Shown piece after piece: positions 23,826 to 39,100 of a DNA stretch of 64,000 nucleotides (positions within the stretch are counted from its first letter, which is position 1; each line of letters opens with the position of its first letter). Made by a program: the position numbers and the translations under genes. The DNA is taken from NCBI RefSeq assembly GCF_048593235.1, contig NC_133618.1:610470889-610534888 (forward strand), written 5' to 3'. Below the pieces are notes generated by a model that was not told the origin of the DNA, ran no database searches, and saw nothing but the letters and a program-made list of their open reading frames with translations. Origin of the DNA: Sminthopsis crassicaudata (lineage: Eukaryota).

Positions 23826-26800
23826 TCAGCTGCCTGGACTCCCCAGGAGGAACCTGTGGGGTGTGAGAACAGGGGATGGGGTTGATACGTTAGCATGGAA
23901 AGCTAACTCCTGCCCAGTCTCTCACTCCCCAGACACTCACCATGCTCCTCTAGCAGTCACTGCTTCTCTGCGGACCAGCCTCTTCTTGTCATCCAGTGGC
24001 TTGGCCAAGGCCCGGATCACTTGCATTTTGTAGGGCAGGAGCTGTGGAAGGACAGATGCCTGTCACCTGGGGCCTAGCCTCTTAGGATTTGGATAAAGAA
24101 GAAATTCTCTATTTTTTCACTTGTTGGGGCTGCAGAATGGATTTTCTAGGAAGGTGAGGTAAATCCTATTTTTTTAGGGGTCCCTGAACTGCCCAGAGAG
24201 ATTTTTATCTTTTTTTTTTTTTTTTTTTAAACTGTCTTGTCAAATATGGGGCTCAGGAATATGGTATGGGTTCCATGTTCCCTAATCACCAGTGACTTAT
24301 GTTGACTGTTGATCATCCCCTTTAAAATGGGTATCATAGGTCCTTACATACCACAGGAGTTGGCAGCCTGGTGAGTGCATGTATGCACTGTAATGCAGCA
24401 ATCCGAACAGCCTGGAACAAACACAAAGATATGTGGAATGATAAAGTAGGGAGAGAGCTCTCAGCTAGAAAAACTACTGGGGACATAAGTACTCACCATG
24501 GAAGGGCTACAACTGAGGTTTAAGAACTTGGTGACGAGGGTGTCAATGTGAAGACTCATGACTTGTGGGGCATCTAGCAGAAGAGGCTGAAGGCAGCTGA
24601 GGGTGGAGAGCTGTACCACGCAGTCTGTGCAGGATAAAGCCTCGAGCAACAAGGAAAGTAACTAAAAGACAATAGGAACAGATCAGAAGGGACCCAGCCA
24701 GCTGTTATAGAACTACCTCGTATCCCTTTTTTGCCCTCTATTTTATTAAGGCTAGAGGACTCACCGTGGGTAACTCTGGCAGGAGCACGGGTTTCGGTAG
24801 GCTGTTGAGTACGTGAGACAAACCCTTCAAGTAGTTTGGTTTCACGTCTACAAGAAAAGGAAGAGAACATGGGAGCTGTCGGGACCTAAGGTGAGGCCTG
24901 ACTCTAATCCCTAATGTATTCCAAGAGACACAAACCAGGGAATCACCCAGAACAAAAAAAAGCAACGCAGGGCAAGGGTCCAGATGTAACAGTACCTGGC
25001 CAGCAAAAGGGAACAAGACTCACTCTGAGGAGCAGCGTGGAAACCCTGGACCAGAGCGGGCACACTGTCTGTGAAGAAGCGCTGGCGGAACATGATGCGT
25101 ATTTCAGCATGGCCAGCTCGGTGCAGCACATCTGGGCAATCAGCCATCAGCAGGGAGAAGCCATCAGCTGCAGCAGGGCCCAATTCTGCATCACTCAAAA
25201 GGCCCATTAGCTAGAGAAACCAAAGCATCCAAGTCAAGACTCACAAAGAAAGATGGTAATAGAATTCGGGGCTTTATTCCCTTGAAACTTACCTGCTCTG
25301 TGAGGCGGGAGCTGAGAGGGTGGTATCTGAGCACTAAAGCCTTTGTCACCTGTCAATCAGAGAGACTCAGGGTGATTAATGACAACCCATGGACCCAGCT
25401 GCGGCCTTGCAGAAAGCCCTGCTTCAGAGTATGTGTGTCAGTCCAAGTAGGGCCTTGCTCTCCACCCCAGGTCACTCTCTTCCCTTACCCAGAGGAGCAG
25501 TGTGAAAGCCTGACTCCGACAGGGCCCCGGGCTCAGGCCAGCCTCCACTTTTTCCATCGCTTTCTGTAGGAACTCATCTAGCTGCTGCCCTAGAAAGGAG
25601 GGGGAAATGCTGAAGTGTGTGGCCATTTAGTTTCTTATCTCCCTCCCCCAACCCAAACAGGCAGGGGGATTTTTTAATGTAACCCCCCCCTTCCCCCAAT
25701 CATGCTGCCCACAACTGGAGCACTGAGGCCCCAGGAAAGCCCAGGGGATCCCTGACTGGATCACTTTTTTTTCTATAAAAATGTTTTTTATTTACCAAAC
25801 ATATGCATGGGTAATTCAACACTGACCCTTACAAAACCTTGTGTTCCAAATTTTCCCCTCCTCTTCCCTAGATAGCAGGTAGTACAATTTATGTTAAATG
25901 TTAAAATATATGTTAAATCCAATATATGTATATTTATACAGTTATCTTGCTGCACAAGAAAAATCGGATCAAGAAGGGAAAAAAAAAAACTGGGAAAGGA
26001 AACAAAATGCAGGCAAATAAAAGAGTGAGAATGCTATGTTTTGGGCCGCACTCAGTTCCCACAGTTTTCTCTCTGGGTGTAGATGGCTCTCTTCATCACT
26101 GAACAACTGGAACTGGTTTGGCCTGGATTCCTTCTTAATCTGGAGTCCACAAAGGGTCTGTGGACAGTGTTTTTTTTAAAGGTAGGAATGGGCAGTATGT
26201 ATACCCAGACTATGTGACCTTGGATGGGGGAAAATCACACCTTATTTCAATTTACTTGTTTCTTTTTCACTTAAAAATAGAATATTTTTATTTTTTATTT
26301 TTAGAGTGCAAATGTTCTAACACCCTGTCCATGATTTTAAAAAGAAAAGCTAAAAAATCCCTCTCTTACAAACAACTGGAAACAGTCTCTTTAAAGAGAC
26401 TGAAGACTAAACCAATGATTGCATTTGTATCTGTTTCAGGGAGGTATCTTCTCCTTGCCCCTGTGACCCCAGCCTGGCCCCCAATACCTGCTGGGTGTTT
26501 ATTGAGTAGCCCTGCAAAACACTTGGCAGCAGCAGTGCAGGAGAAGAGCCTGTCATGGTGGCAGCTCAGAGTTAGCAGCTCCTGCATAAGTCTGTCCAGC
26601 TGAGGGATCTCCACCTGCAGAGAATCCAGATCATGGCATAGGCCCAGGAGGCAAGACTTAGCAAGGAACAGCAGTGTGGGCAGGCAGCACTTTTGAAGGT
26701 CAGGGAACAGGAGGAGTCTGGAGCAGCTTTAACTATAGCAACATTTCAACCCTGGGGTCACTCTGAGCTCCACTTGCCCGGGTGAGGCTAAGGCCTGTGC

Positions 26801-29800
26801 CCCCAAGATCCCAATGACTTACATTCCTGGGCAGAGAACAAACAAAGGCCATAAGAAGTGCAACCAGCCGCTTCTGTTCTGAGGAGCTATTCTGGAAGAA
26901 GAGAAAGGCATCATCATCACATTGCAAAGCACCATGTATTCCCAATGTTGAATTCCCTTCACCCTTCCTAGATTAGCTCAGGAACCACACACCACAGCCT
27001 GAGTCCTGTTCCACATCCTAGTAGTCTATTACCTGGAATGGGAGGAATTTGCTGGGGAAGCTGTTTTCAGAGAGAAAGGATACGTCGCCATCCAGGAACA
27101 AAGGCACAATACGGGCCACACTTTGAGCAGCTAGCCTGGAGACAGAAGGGATGGCTCACTAGCACTACCTTTACCCAGTCAGGAAATCCTGGAGATCTCC
27201 CCGAAACACCTCCCCAGATGATTGGCCTGTAGATTCAGGTATGGATGGAAGGCAAGGTGAAAAGGCAATGTGTTTTCTCCCCGAGTGATATGTAATAGCT
27301 AAAGCCCAATTCCATAGGGGAAAATACTTCTCAAACTCACTCAGGACTTAGGTGGGTACTGGCTGTGCTGATGACAGAGACCATGGCGGCCAAGACCTCC
27401 TCCTCCAACAGCAGCTTCCCAGGATTGGGGAGGTCTTTCTCTGCAAGAACAGCACTGTGTTAGAAAGCACCAGCCACACTGGCCAACTTCCTCCCTCTTC
27501 CACGCTCACCCAAGACTATGATCCTGGCAACCAGAAGTAAAAGACTAAATTAAGCCCAATTATTGGATCAGTTTCTGTCTAGTTTTATATGCAGCCTTTG
27601 AAGTAAAGATAAAGAAAAGATGGCCATGATTACGAACATGTCTCCAGGCTTAGAAAGAGCCTCTAGGATGATCTGGTCCCATCTCCTCAGTTTACAGATT
27701 ACTAGCTTAGTAAAAGGTTATTAATGGTCACAAGCCACAAATTATTGATGAGACTCACTGGGGCAAACTAGAAATGCGGCCAGGCCTTGAGCAGACCACA
27801 GAGCAGTGTTATTTTTACAGCCTATTGTAGGAGCATTCACTTTATCATTTAATATTTCCCAACTACATTAATCTGACTTGGGTCCTCCTGGAAGTGTTGC
27901 CAGCAGTACCTTATTCCTTTAAATAAACAGAAACACGAAGAAATACTGCTAAAGGAAAACTCAGTGCAGCCTTTTGCATGCTGATGGCATTAGTCACCCC
28001 TGGAGTTTAGAGTGAACCAAAAGAAAGCTGCTAACTCTAGAATCCCAGGATGCTAGCTAACTTGGTCCAGCTCTGGGTGCTCCAGGGCAAAGTACCTGAA
28101 CCCTCTGGTTGGGGGGAAGTTGGGCTAGATGACCTTGCAGGTCCCTTCTAGCTTAAGATCTGGATGCTGCTATGGAATAGGATGCAGAGCCCTGGTCTAC
28201 ATGACTGGGTGTCCTGGGGGGGAGAGGGAAGGAGGGAAGAGACAATACCAGACCAAATTACAGGCCAAAGAAGGAGAAAAAGTCCCACAGAGAAGTGAAG
28301 AGGATTTACCTGGCATGGATGCCTGAACAGCCAAGGCAAGTAGGCAAGGGACAGCTGTCTGATGGAAGTACCAGCAATTCTCAGGCTCCTGCTGGCACTG
28401 CCCCGCCACCAGGTGGAGACTTCGGCATACTGCAATAACCTCGCTGGAGTTGGCATTTTTCCCTGTGAAAAAAGAGAAAGCAGATTCTTTGCTAAGATTT
28501 TTTTGACAGTCTCCTCCTGTAGTAGGGAAAACCACAAACGTTTTCAATGTATCAATCATTTATGTTCTTGCTACTGTAAAAATAACTTAAAGCAGGGCTT
28601 TCCTACTTGCAAGTGCTTTTCACCTGGGCAATCTGTATGTGACCCAGGTACATAGGTATATAAAATGGGCATACAAACCACGACATTCACTGCTAATAAA
28701 TCATAGTTTCACAACACATTCAGTTATATGACCCCATATGGAGTTGCAACTCATAGGTTGACCAGCTATGGTTTAAAGGGTTTCTTATCTCTTCTTTCTC
28801 ATCCAGCCATCATTACTGACCTGGATATTCCCTAGAGTATGTATAACAGCCAGAAACTGAGCACCAGGCCAAAGCTCACAAGAGATGGTGATGGTGAGGC
28901 TGACATTACCACCCCTCCCCCCAACTGCCTCCACGGCTCCTTCAGTTACCTCTGTGCACATGACGGAGGTACTGCAACAACACAGGAAGGGTCTCCCTGA
29001 CAATACTGGCATGTGTAGACACAGCCGACAGGGCCTGTAGACAGCGCAAGCGTCTTGCTTGGTATGAAGGTCCCTCTCCACTGGCCAACTCTGTGTTCCC
29101 TGGAAAGAGCAACATATGAGACAAGGTTTCATTGCCTAAATGGAGACCCGGGGCACGGTGCAGGGCGGGGACAGGAGGAGAAAGATAGGACTCTCTCCTG
29201 TTGGTCCCCAAGACTCCCCCCCTCCTCATGTCTTCCTGCCCAGTCACGGGGCCTGGGAACCACACACCTGTATGAAGCTCCTCTGCTAGCCGGGGCACCA
29301 CGTGGCTAATGAAGACTGTGGGATAGAGCGTGGCCAGCGTCCCTGATGCTTCCATAGCTGCCAAACTGCCAGGAGCACAGAAGGAGGAATATCAGCTAAG
29401 ACTTGGCAATAAGAGGCAACCCCTCTCCTGCCAGGCCAGCAAGAGGGCACCTCGTCCCCTTTGGGAATGATCACTGGGCAGGAACTAGGAACCCAGATAA
29501 TGAAGTAGGGGGCTGGCAGACCCCATGTTTAATCCCTTCCTGGCACAAATTGCAACCTCCAAACCAGAGTCCATTCAGCTGCAATCCCAAGGGAGCACGT
29601 GGTCTGCCTCCCTTACAGGCTATCAACTTCAATGGATGGAGGGAACCCACATGTGGACAGTATAAACTGTCTGCTGGGACTGGACTAGATGGTCTCTGAC
29701 TTAGAGCTCAGAAATCCCATACCTACAAGTTGGGGAAGATTTCTGTAGCCAGAAGCCAACCTTTGGCTTTTGACTTTAAGGATAAAGAGCCAGTGAGAAG

Positions 29801-32800
29801 CATGAAGGGTTCTGGGTGAGGACTCTCTGAGGCTCAGCAGTGGGAGCACTTCCTACCAAGCCTGGCCCTAGAGCCCACCTCTTACCAACTCTGGGACTCC
29901 TCCTCCAGGAAGCTCAGCCTGTAGAGATGATCAATTGCCAGTTCCAGGTCCTGGGTAGACAGAAGCCCTGCAAGCAGAAGGGGACACCCCCTTTTTACTC
30001 CTTCAAAGGAAACTAACAAAAATCTGGAGTTAACTAGAGCTACAGCCGGGGCTGAGGGAAGCCTGCTCTTTGCAGGAACCTCTGGGGGAAGAAGGTATAA
30101 CCCCCTACAATCTTTCCTCATTCCCTTGAGATGTACCTGGCTGGGCACCCAAGACTGTGAGGGCACGGATGCCAACCAGCTGGAGTTGTGTACTAGGGTC
30201 TGCCAGGGCCAAGGAGACCAGTGAACATAGCGGGGTCTTGAAGCCACTCAGGGGTATTTCATCTGTGGAGAGAAAACCAAAGACTAAGTTAAGAGTTTGA
30301 CATAAAAACCAACTGAGGCAGAAGCTACTGGGCTTGGATGGCACAATTTTAGTTATAACACATCATTACTATGGCTATGGGGACAAATGACTGGAAATTC
30401 AGGAAACTCAATGGAATACAAACATTTCCCCCCACAGTTAGCCCCCTGCCCAATACACAGGGCAAGGAGTGAGCTCACCTTTGTCCTCATTTCCCCACTT
30501 TTGCTGTAGTTTTAAGAAACCCAGAAGCATCTCTAGTATTGTCCGTCTCTGGCTGCTCTACAAAGTATGAAAGGAAACTGAAGTCAAAAGGACCCAAAAG
30601 GTCTTTAATTAAACTAGCTGCTATGCAGAGGCTGGGAGAGCCAAGGGTCCCTAGCCCCCATCTCCCCACGAGGTTTCCTATCTCCTTCCTCTTACCTGGC
30701 TGTGCCGATTGAACTGTTCCAGAAGCAAGGGTATCACGGTGCTGGTGACGCGGTCACAGGCTCGAGCGGATGCCCCTGCAGCTGCCTGCAACAGTTTGGC
30801 ACTAGGCCACACCAGCTTCATGTCAGGTTCACAAAGGTGGTGCCTGCAGTCTGCAGAGACAGCACATCCCGGGGGTTAGAGGGGCTGCCCCTGCTCCCCC
30901 CAGCCTTTAGCACTGCAGAATGACATCGGCTTCAGTGGGCACGAGCTGACAGCTTTTCCCATGGCAGTTTCCAGCCACCAGTGTGGAAAGGCCTCAGGCC
31001 CACTGTCCCTGTTACAGCAGACCTCACTTTTAACCCAAGCCCAGTTACCCTCCAGGATGCTGCCGAGAAAGGAGTCTAGAAGGTCCTCCGCATCGGCCTC
31101 CAACACAGATCTAGACAAACACGCAGACAGGGAGTGCAGGGCTGCCAGGCCTTCAGCCTCCACCCGCTCACTGGATGTTTGGAAGACCTGTAAGGGAAGG
31201 GATCCCCCAGATGCTAAGAGCATTCTGAACCTCCTACACCCCATCCAACCTGTTTTCTTCTGGAAATACTTGGGAACCTTTGAGCAACACAAATGGAAAC
31301 CTACTCCAAATGAACTCCACTGAGGAATCTCCACCAAACATCTCTTTCAAGTCAATATGGTGTACATGTCCTGGTACTGAAGTATGTGCAAATGCTACCC
31401 AGGTTCTGGGCCTAAAGAAGTCATCTCCCTCATCTTCCAGATAAGAAAGGTGAAGGAATGTGCCCATGGTCACACAGCTTGTGGGAGAGCCAGGTTGGAA
31501 CTCGAGTCCCTAACTCCAAATTCAGTAATACTTTTGCTGTCCGGTCCAATGGGTACAAAAGTCTGATTGAAAAGACCTGGAGCTGTGGCTGCTTGGAAAG
31601 CCCAGCTCTGCTCCTTCAGCCTGGCCCTGAAAGTGTCTGGGAAGTATTAGTCTGGAGCCACAGTTCCCTTCAGACCCAGAATTTCCTTGTGGCTCTCCCT
31701 CTGATCCAGGCCAGGGCTGGCCCACGGCCCCTAGCCCTCACCACACACCCATCATTGGTTGCTGTGACCCTGCTGGTTAGCAGAGGCCTCCCCTCCCCTT
31801 CTCTGAAGAAGTCACCTCTCTACGGATGGAGGCCCACAGACTGGGCAAGAAGTCTTTCAGCTCCTTCTGCCCATACACAGCACAGCAGGCATTCTGCAGG
31901 GAACAGGTATGAGAGATAAACCACGTGCAATACTCAGTTCTGAGCCCTTAACAAGAAAATCTAGAGCCTTCTACCCTGTAAATTAACAGCCCACCTACTA
32001 AAGGGCCCAAAACATGGAGAAGCACCCCAGGACCCATCCTCTTTTCTTCATCCCTTACCAAGCCTGGCACTAGGTCAGATCTGTGACTGATCACTCCCAT
32101 TAAGTAAGGCACAAAAAAAGACAATCCCTCCTAAAACCCCCTGAAATATTGCCCTACCTTCTCGGGTCCCCCTATCTTCACGGAAGACAGAGTGCTGTCC
32201 CTACCCTTTTATACCCTCCCTCCTGACTTCCAAAGGGCAGGAAGATGCCCACAGTCGCATTCCCTCACCAGCGTCTGCAAGGAGTCCAGCTTGGCGCTGA
32301 GCATCTCAGAGTCTACCTTTTCGAGCAGCAGAGGCAGCAGGAACTGTAGGAGAAGGAGAAGGAGTCCTAGGTGATGCACAGTACTACAGACACATGTCCT
32401 ATGATGCTGAAAGACTCCATTCGCAAAGGGTCATAGTCGTTGGTTACCATCCTACTGTGTCATAGCACCGTTCCCAGATAAAGAACAGTCTGATTTCTAT
32501 CACCTGGGATAACAATGGGTCACAGTATGCCCAGAAAAACTCCCAGAGAGTTGGTTTTTTGAAAATTCCAGAAGAAATGTCCTTTACAATTTGTAATCAT
32601 TTTTCAACTTTAAAAAATGAGCCAATCAGCGCCAAATAGTAGCTCCCATGAGGCCCTACTTTGGCTCAACTCACCTCAGCAAATCGAGGTGTGGAAGCCA
32701 GAACTGCCCGGAGACTCAGGATGAGATCTTCTCTCTGGATGCCATGGGGGTCATTAGGTGGCTAGAGAAGTTAGAAAAGTGTTAAGTTTGTATGGCTCCT

Positions 32801-33154
32801 CCTCTCAGCCAAACTCTCAATTGCCTACCTTGCTGAAACCTAGGACTTACCATGGTATCTTCCGGATTATTAGCTCCCACCTTATCCAGACCTATTGGGA
32901 CTTATTAATTTTTTTTAAAGAATAGATTTTCAGGGGAAGCTCAATGGCACAGTGGATAGAGCACTAGCCTTGAAATTCAAATCTGGACTCAGACACTTAA
33001 GACTCCTAGCTGTGTGACCCCAGGCAAGTTACTTAACTCCAATTGCCTCAGCAAAAAACAAACAAACAAATAAACAAACAAAAACCCCCCCATAACATCT
33101 ACATTATATATCAGCCATATTAATATTGTTTTAGATACATGTTTACATATGGGG

Positions 33155-33185
<31 letters not shown>

Positions 33186-36100
33186 CACATATATATATAT
33201 ATAGAGAGAGAGAGAGAGGTATATGAGTATATATATATGTAAATATGTATTTATGTAGCTCTACATATATTTGTGCTTAACTATAGCCTGCTAGGGGAAT
33301 GGGGGGGAGAGAGTGAAAGAGGAAAAAAAGAATAAAGTTTAAAAAAGTGTGCAGCAGAGAACAAAAGACCAATCTACAAGAAAGGAGGGAAAAAAAAAAA
33401 AAAAAAAAAGAACTCACTCTACTATTAAATAGCCTTTCTTGAAAAGGAAATGCATTATATATTTTGAATTTTGAATCCTCCCTGATGATGTTCTGGGCAC
33501 ATGACAATGTTTGTTTGTTTGTTTTAAACTTCCATTTTCTTTCTTTTTTGTTTTCCCCCCCTTATTTAATGAAATAGGATTTTAAAAAGGGGGATGGAGA
33601 GAATCGACTTTCAAAATAAGAGCTCCAAGTGCTGTTATGGAGATCAAAGCACCCCTCAATACCCACTTACATCCCAACCATTTCACACTCACTTTATCTC
33701 CCCACAGTTCTCCCCCTATAGCACTAAGCACAATGTTAAACAGTAAATTTTTAATAAACACTTATTGAATAAAAATTTCTTTCACTCTCAAATGTTCCCA
33801 CATACTCACTGGAGTAAAATCAACAGGAAAGTAACAGGATGTCACCTCAAACAGTTCCTCTACAAAAGGCCCTAAGGAGATGAACACAAAATTAATCTGG
33901 TTTACAATCTTCTTCATTCTTTGGTCATAAACTGCAGTAACAATTGAAGACCTTACCTAAGCTATAATCCTTTGAGATGAGGTCATAGACAATTCGGAAG
34001 GCCACCAGAAGATTTCGAGGATCTTTCTCCCCATCCATTACCTGGATGAAGCCAAAGGTAAAATCAGCTCCCAGGCCCTTCAGTTCTGTGGAAGACATGA
34101 ACAAAGCCAACATTGTTGCTTATGAAACAGGATGGCCGGCTTTCTTCTGTTGTATATCCATTTTTGTTATCTTTATCTCCCAGAGTGCATCTTTTATTTT
34201 TCTATCTCAAAGTAAAATACCCAGGGCTAAACAAGTGGACTTTTGAAGATGTAAACACAAATAAACCCTCCTTTCTACTTGTTGCAAAGTGGCTTCCAGA
34301 GACCCTCTCTGTCCCCCAAGAGAGCCCAATCTTCCCTGCCTTGACTCTGACTTCCACACTGCCTATTTGTGCATATTCCATCCTCTGGTTTAGCCTTATG
34401 AGAGTGGGCAGGGTTAGGGAAACTGTGGCAGTGAGCAAAGGAGAATGTGAGACACGGTGGCTGCCTCCCTGCCTTCCCAGGGAGTGCAGCCTCTCACCTT
34501 CTTCTCGGGTGCGCATGAAATTGGTAATGATGCTGTAGACTGTGTGTCGATCCATCTGTGTCAGAGACTGGGGGTGGGGAGGTGGGCAAGTGGATGGTGA
34601 ACAGGAAAGTGAGTTAGTGGTCAGTCAGCACAGCCCTCCTCCACCCCCAGGGCTTCCAGGCAGTGGCCAGGCCAGTCCCTCATCAGTCTCAGTGAGGGGA
34701 GCTCGCTATGAGCTCCAGCAACAGAACAGCCATACCCCCCCCTCCACTCTGCCCCAACCTGCTCTTTAGGCACAGCATCAACAGGCTAAGAATAGTCCAC
34801 TAGATAGAACACCTGGGCACACATATGCTTGCACATAAGCATGAAACACCCACGTCCACTGATTCTAGAACTAAAAACTAAGTTTAAAAATAGGTACCAT
34901 TTACACAGTATTTAACGGTTTGCAAAGCATTTTATATCGTGCTATTATCATCATCACCCTCTGTGAAGAAACTGACACTGGCCAATAACTTGCCCAGAGG
35001 CTGGATCTGACTTGGGTTTTCCAAGGCCAGGTACTCTCTGCCACTGTGCCAGCAGGCTGCCCTGGGAGCTCTGGCATGGTTTGGGCCACAAGAGGTTGCT
35101 AGGAGCTTTTGGCCACTGGATCTCTTGGCTTAATCTTAGCTCCTTGTAGGCCCCTGGGGGTGACAGGGGAGAGAAGAGCAGCCAGTGCTTGGCACTCACC
35201 TGTACATGCACTTCCTGAAAGATGGCTTTGAGCACAGAGACAGCCAGGCCTGGAGGGAGCACATCACTCATACTCTAGAAGAAGGGAGCACATACTTGTT
35301 CTCCTCAGATGCCCTCAAGCCCTGGACTAGGCCTCATTAACAAAGGAAAGGTGAGAGAATCAGCCTCCCACGGGCCCTGACCTCAGACAGCCTCTTAGCC
35401 CAAATTCCCCGGGCCTCTCTCTCTGGGGTTATATTCTGAGGAGTCCTCCTGCTCTCCTGAGGGGCACTCACCAGTGCTCGCAGACCTTGCAGCACAGATG
35501 GGATCACCAGGTGATGGTCCTTGAGCTGATTCTCATAGAAGAGGGTCAGGTGTACCACTGTACAAAGCAGAGTCAGCATCAGTGGGCACCTGCTCTCGGG
35601 GCACAGGCTCTCCCACCCCCCTTTCTACAGGACAGTCACTAATGTAACCTTGCTGTATTATTCTGCACCAAGAAACGTTTTCCCTCCTACTGCCCCATTA
35701 TTATGACTTCCTCAAGAGGAAAGCCAAAGTCAATTCCCTTATTCCCCCATTTGGAGACGAAACTCAAAAGGTTCTTTCCTGGAGAGCAAAACTGTGGAGA
35801 TTATTTTTCCTTCTAAGGATCTTAAAGCCTCAGACACTTCTTTATTCTATCTTTCTATCCTACAGAGATAATAATGGCAAAACAGTATTCTTCCCGTTTC
35901 ACAGAGAAAGCACTTGAAACATGGAAGTGACTGGCAATGTGATAATGGTAATACCTGGAAAGAGACTTAGAAATCATTTTCCACCTCTCTCACTGTACAG
36001 AGGGAGCCCTCCTCTCCCAAGGCTGCAGTCACAACAGCAGCCACAACTGGACTCCGTATGTCAGCATCTCAAGTTAGATATGCTGCCAAGTGTACTCCAG

Positions 36101-39100
36101 ACAGATGAATGGAGACTGAAGGTCACAATCATGCCCTCCTGGGATAACCTGGCTCTCCTAGCTCCTCTGAGGATGGCCTTGCCTGAACACTCCAGGAAGA
36201 AGCCCACATTCATGAGAGCAATACCTTCCTTTTCTAGGAGCAAGGGATGACACTGAAGGAGCACCTGGGACAGAAGCTGGATCCCTCGACCTCGAGTCCG
36301 GGGTTCTGGATTCTCCAGGCAGGACCTGGAGAGAAGAAGGGAGGAGGGAGCCTGGCCATTCATTCCCCAGAACACCAGTCTGTTTGAGCCCTTGAAGGCA
36401 TCTTGTTGTAGGGAGTATGGGGCTAGAACCTAGTCACACACAGGGGAAGATAGGATCAGAGGAAGCCTTTCCAGGGTGCAGAGGGGCTCCAAGCACCAAG
36501 ACAAAACGAGATTTCTAGAGGGATCTGGCACCTTTGTAGGGGGCAAATGGGATGCTGATACAATGGATTTTCCTAGACATACTTGGCTTGGCACTAATGT
36601 ACCCAGAAGGATTTTGCAAATCTTAAGTTTCTAAATAAATGTTAAAATGCTATAATAATTTATATATATAAAATATAATTCATTACTATTATTGTCCACC
36701 TACTTGGCCCTTTTCATGGGCTATCAGATATGTACAACATAATATTAATTTCCCATTCTGGGGAACTGATGAAAATCTGATCAGTTGCCAAATTCTTAAG
36801 TATTACTTGGAGATTCCTTTTCTCTTAGTAGCTTCTGCCAAGACACAGAAACAACCTACAGGGTTTGAGGAATGAATGGCGACTGACTTATAGAACAGAA
36901 ATTGAGTTATGTGAGAAAGGCAATAAAAGCAAGACTAATAAAAGCTAAAGTCCCAGTGAAAAATAATTATCATCAGGGTTTGGTTGCATGGTGAAATGGT
37001 CAGAATAAAGATTTAAGTTAGCACTAGAATCAGAGGATAATAAAATGATCCCCTGACATAATTCCATGGGAAACTGTCTGGAAGAAGACAGCAAATTGGA
37101 AGGTATTTATGCAAAAGCAACAGTAGGCACACCTGGAGAAGCCGAAGGCTTATGGGGTTGTAAGAGTTCTACTGTGGATCTTTCCTCTCTCCCTTGCATC
37201 CATTTCAGTTGTAATAAAACATCTGAACCAAACTGTCAGTAAATATGGTCCATGACGTCTGATACATAGAGGATTTATTACTAAGCATTACTTAGAGACT
37301 CTTTCCCTAGGAAAAAAAAAAGCCGTATGTATGGATTTGTCTGTTTGCTTTGATTACTTCCTCCAACTTTATTTTTAGTTTCAGGCCCAGGAATGGGATA
37401 AAAAATGGCCATTAAGGCCTATACACAAGAGCCCCACACCTAAGACTGGCACTTCCAGGATCCAGGGGGTGGAAGCCATCTAAAAATAAACTCTGTACTT
37501 GATAACGAATTGCCATGTTCCTGCTACCTGCACTCTCCAGTGGTCCATAGCTTACAGGGCCTGACAAAACACAGCCTTTATTTCTTCTTGATGACATGGG
37601 CCTATAAAAGAGAGGCTGTCCTATACGTAGGGTTGGTATGAAGGAAAGGTATGCAGAAAGAGCTGAATTAGAACAAGTATTCCAGAACAGATGGGGAAAA
37701 AACCAACAACATCTAATTCTACAGCAAGAAAGAACAACTTTAAAACAAGAAATCTGGGAAAATAAGTTGATGAGGAGATAAGCATCTCAGAATAAGGTCT
37801 TACTTACCCAAGGGCTTCCACCACTTGTAATACAGTACAACGACCAGATTTCACATCTAGAGGGAGGGAAAAAAAAAGAAATGTGGAAAAAAAAAATCTG
37901 TCACTCTGCTCAATGCTTCTACCCAAATGAATCAATCAATAACCATTTATTAAGCACCAGACACTGTGCTAGGCATTGTAGGTATAAATACAAAAATATG
38001 AAACTTGGCAACTCTCAAAGAGATCATAGAAGACAATATGTACATATCTTGTTATATGGAAAATCAATACAAAATAAATAGAAAGAGTTTGGGGAGGGAG
38101 GGTATTAAAAGTTGGAGGTATCAGAAAAGACTTCATGTAGATCGTGTCAGAGTTGATTTTTTTTTTTGTAGTGTTAATTTTTGTTCAATTGTTCAAAGAC
38201 CAGAAAATATGAGCATTTCTATATACAAAGAATGGAAAAAGAGGTCAGCATATGAAGCAGAACATTCACTCTCCACAGCATACATTAAGGAGCACTTGAA
38301 AGTGTAAAATAAACAGAACCAGGAGATCATTATACATGGCAACAAGATTATACAATGATCAATTCTGATGGACATGGCTTTCTTCAACAATGAAATGATT
38401 CAAACCAGTTCCAATTGTTCAGTGATGAAGAGAGCCACTTACACCCAGAGAGAGAGGCCTGTGGGAACTGAGTGTAGATCACAACATAGCATTCTCACTC
38501 TTTTTGTTGTTGCTTGCTTGCATTTTATTTTGCTTCTCTCTTTTTTTTTTTACTGGTTGATTTGATTTTTCTTGTGAGGTATGATAACTGTATAAATATG
38601 TATGCATATATTGGATTTAACATATTTCTACCATGTTTAACATGTATTGGACTACTTGCCACCAAGGGAGATCGTGGGGGAAGGGAGAGGGAAATTGGAA
38701 CACAGGGTTTTGCAAGGGCTAATGTTGAAAATTGTCCGCGCATATGTTTTGAAAAATAAAAAGCTTTAATAAAGAAAAAAAAATTATGCATCTTTTGTTT
38801 TTTTATTATTCCAGGTCTTGGGATAAGAACTCACTATATGACAAAAACTGCTAAGAAAACTGAAAATAGGACACAAACTAGGTATAGACCAACATCATAT
38901 ATTAAGATAAAAGTCAAAGTGGGTGCACAATTTAGACATAAAGGTTGACTTCATAAGCAAATTAGAAGATTAAGGAATAATCTACTTGTCAATTCTTTGA
39001 GGAAGGGAAGAATTCATACCCAAATGAGATAAAGAACATTATAAAATGTAAAATAATTTTGAGTATATTATTAAAATTAAAAGCTTTTGTAAAAATAAAA

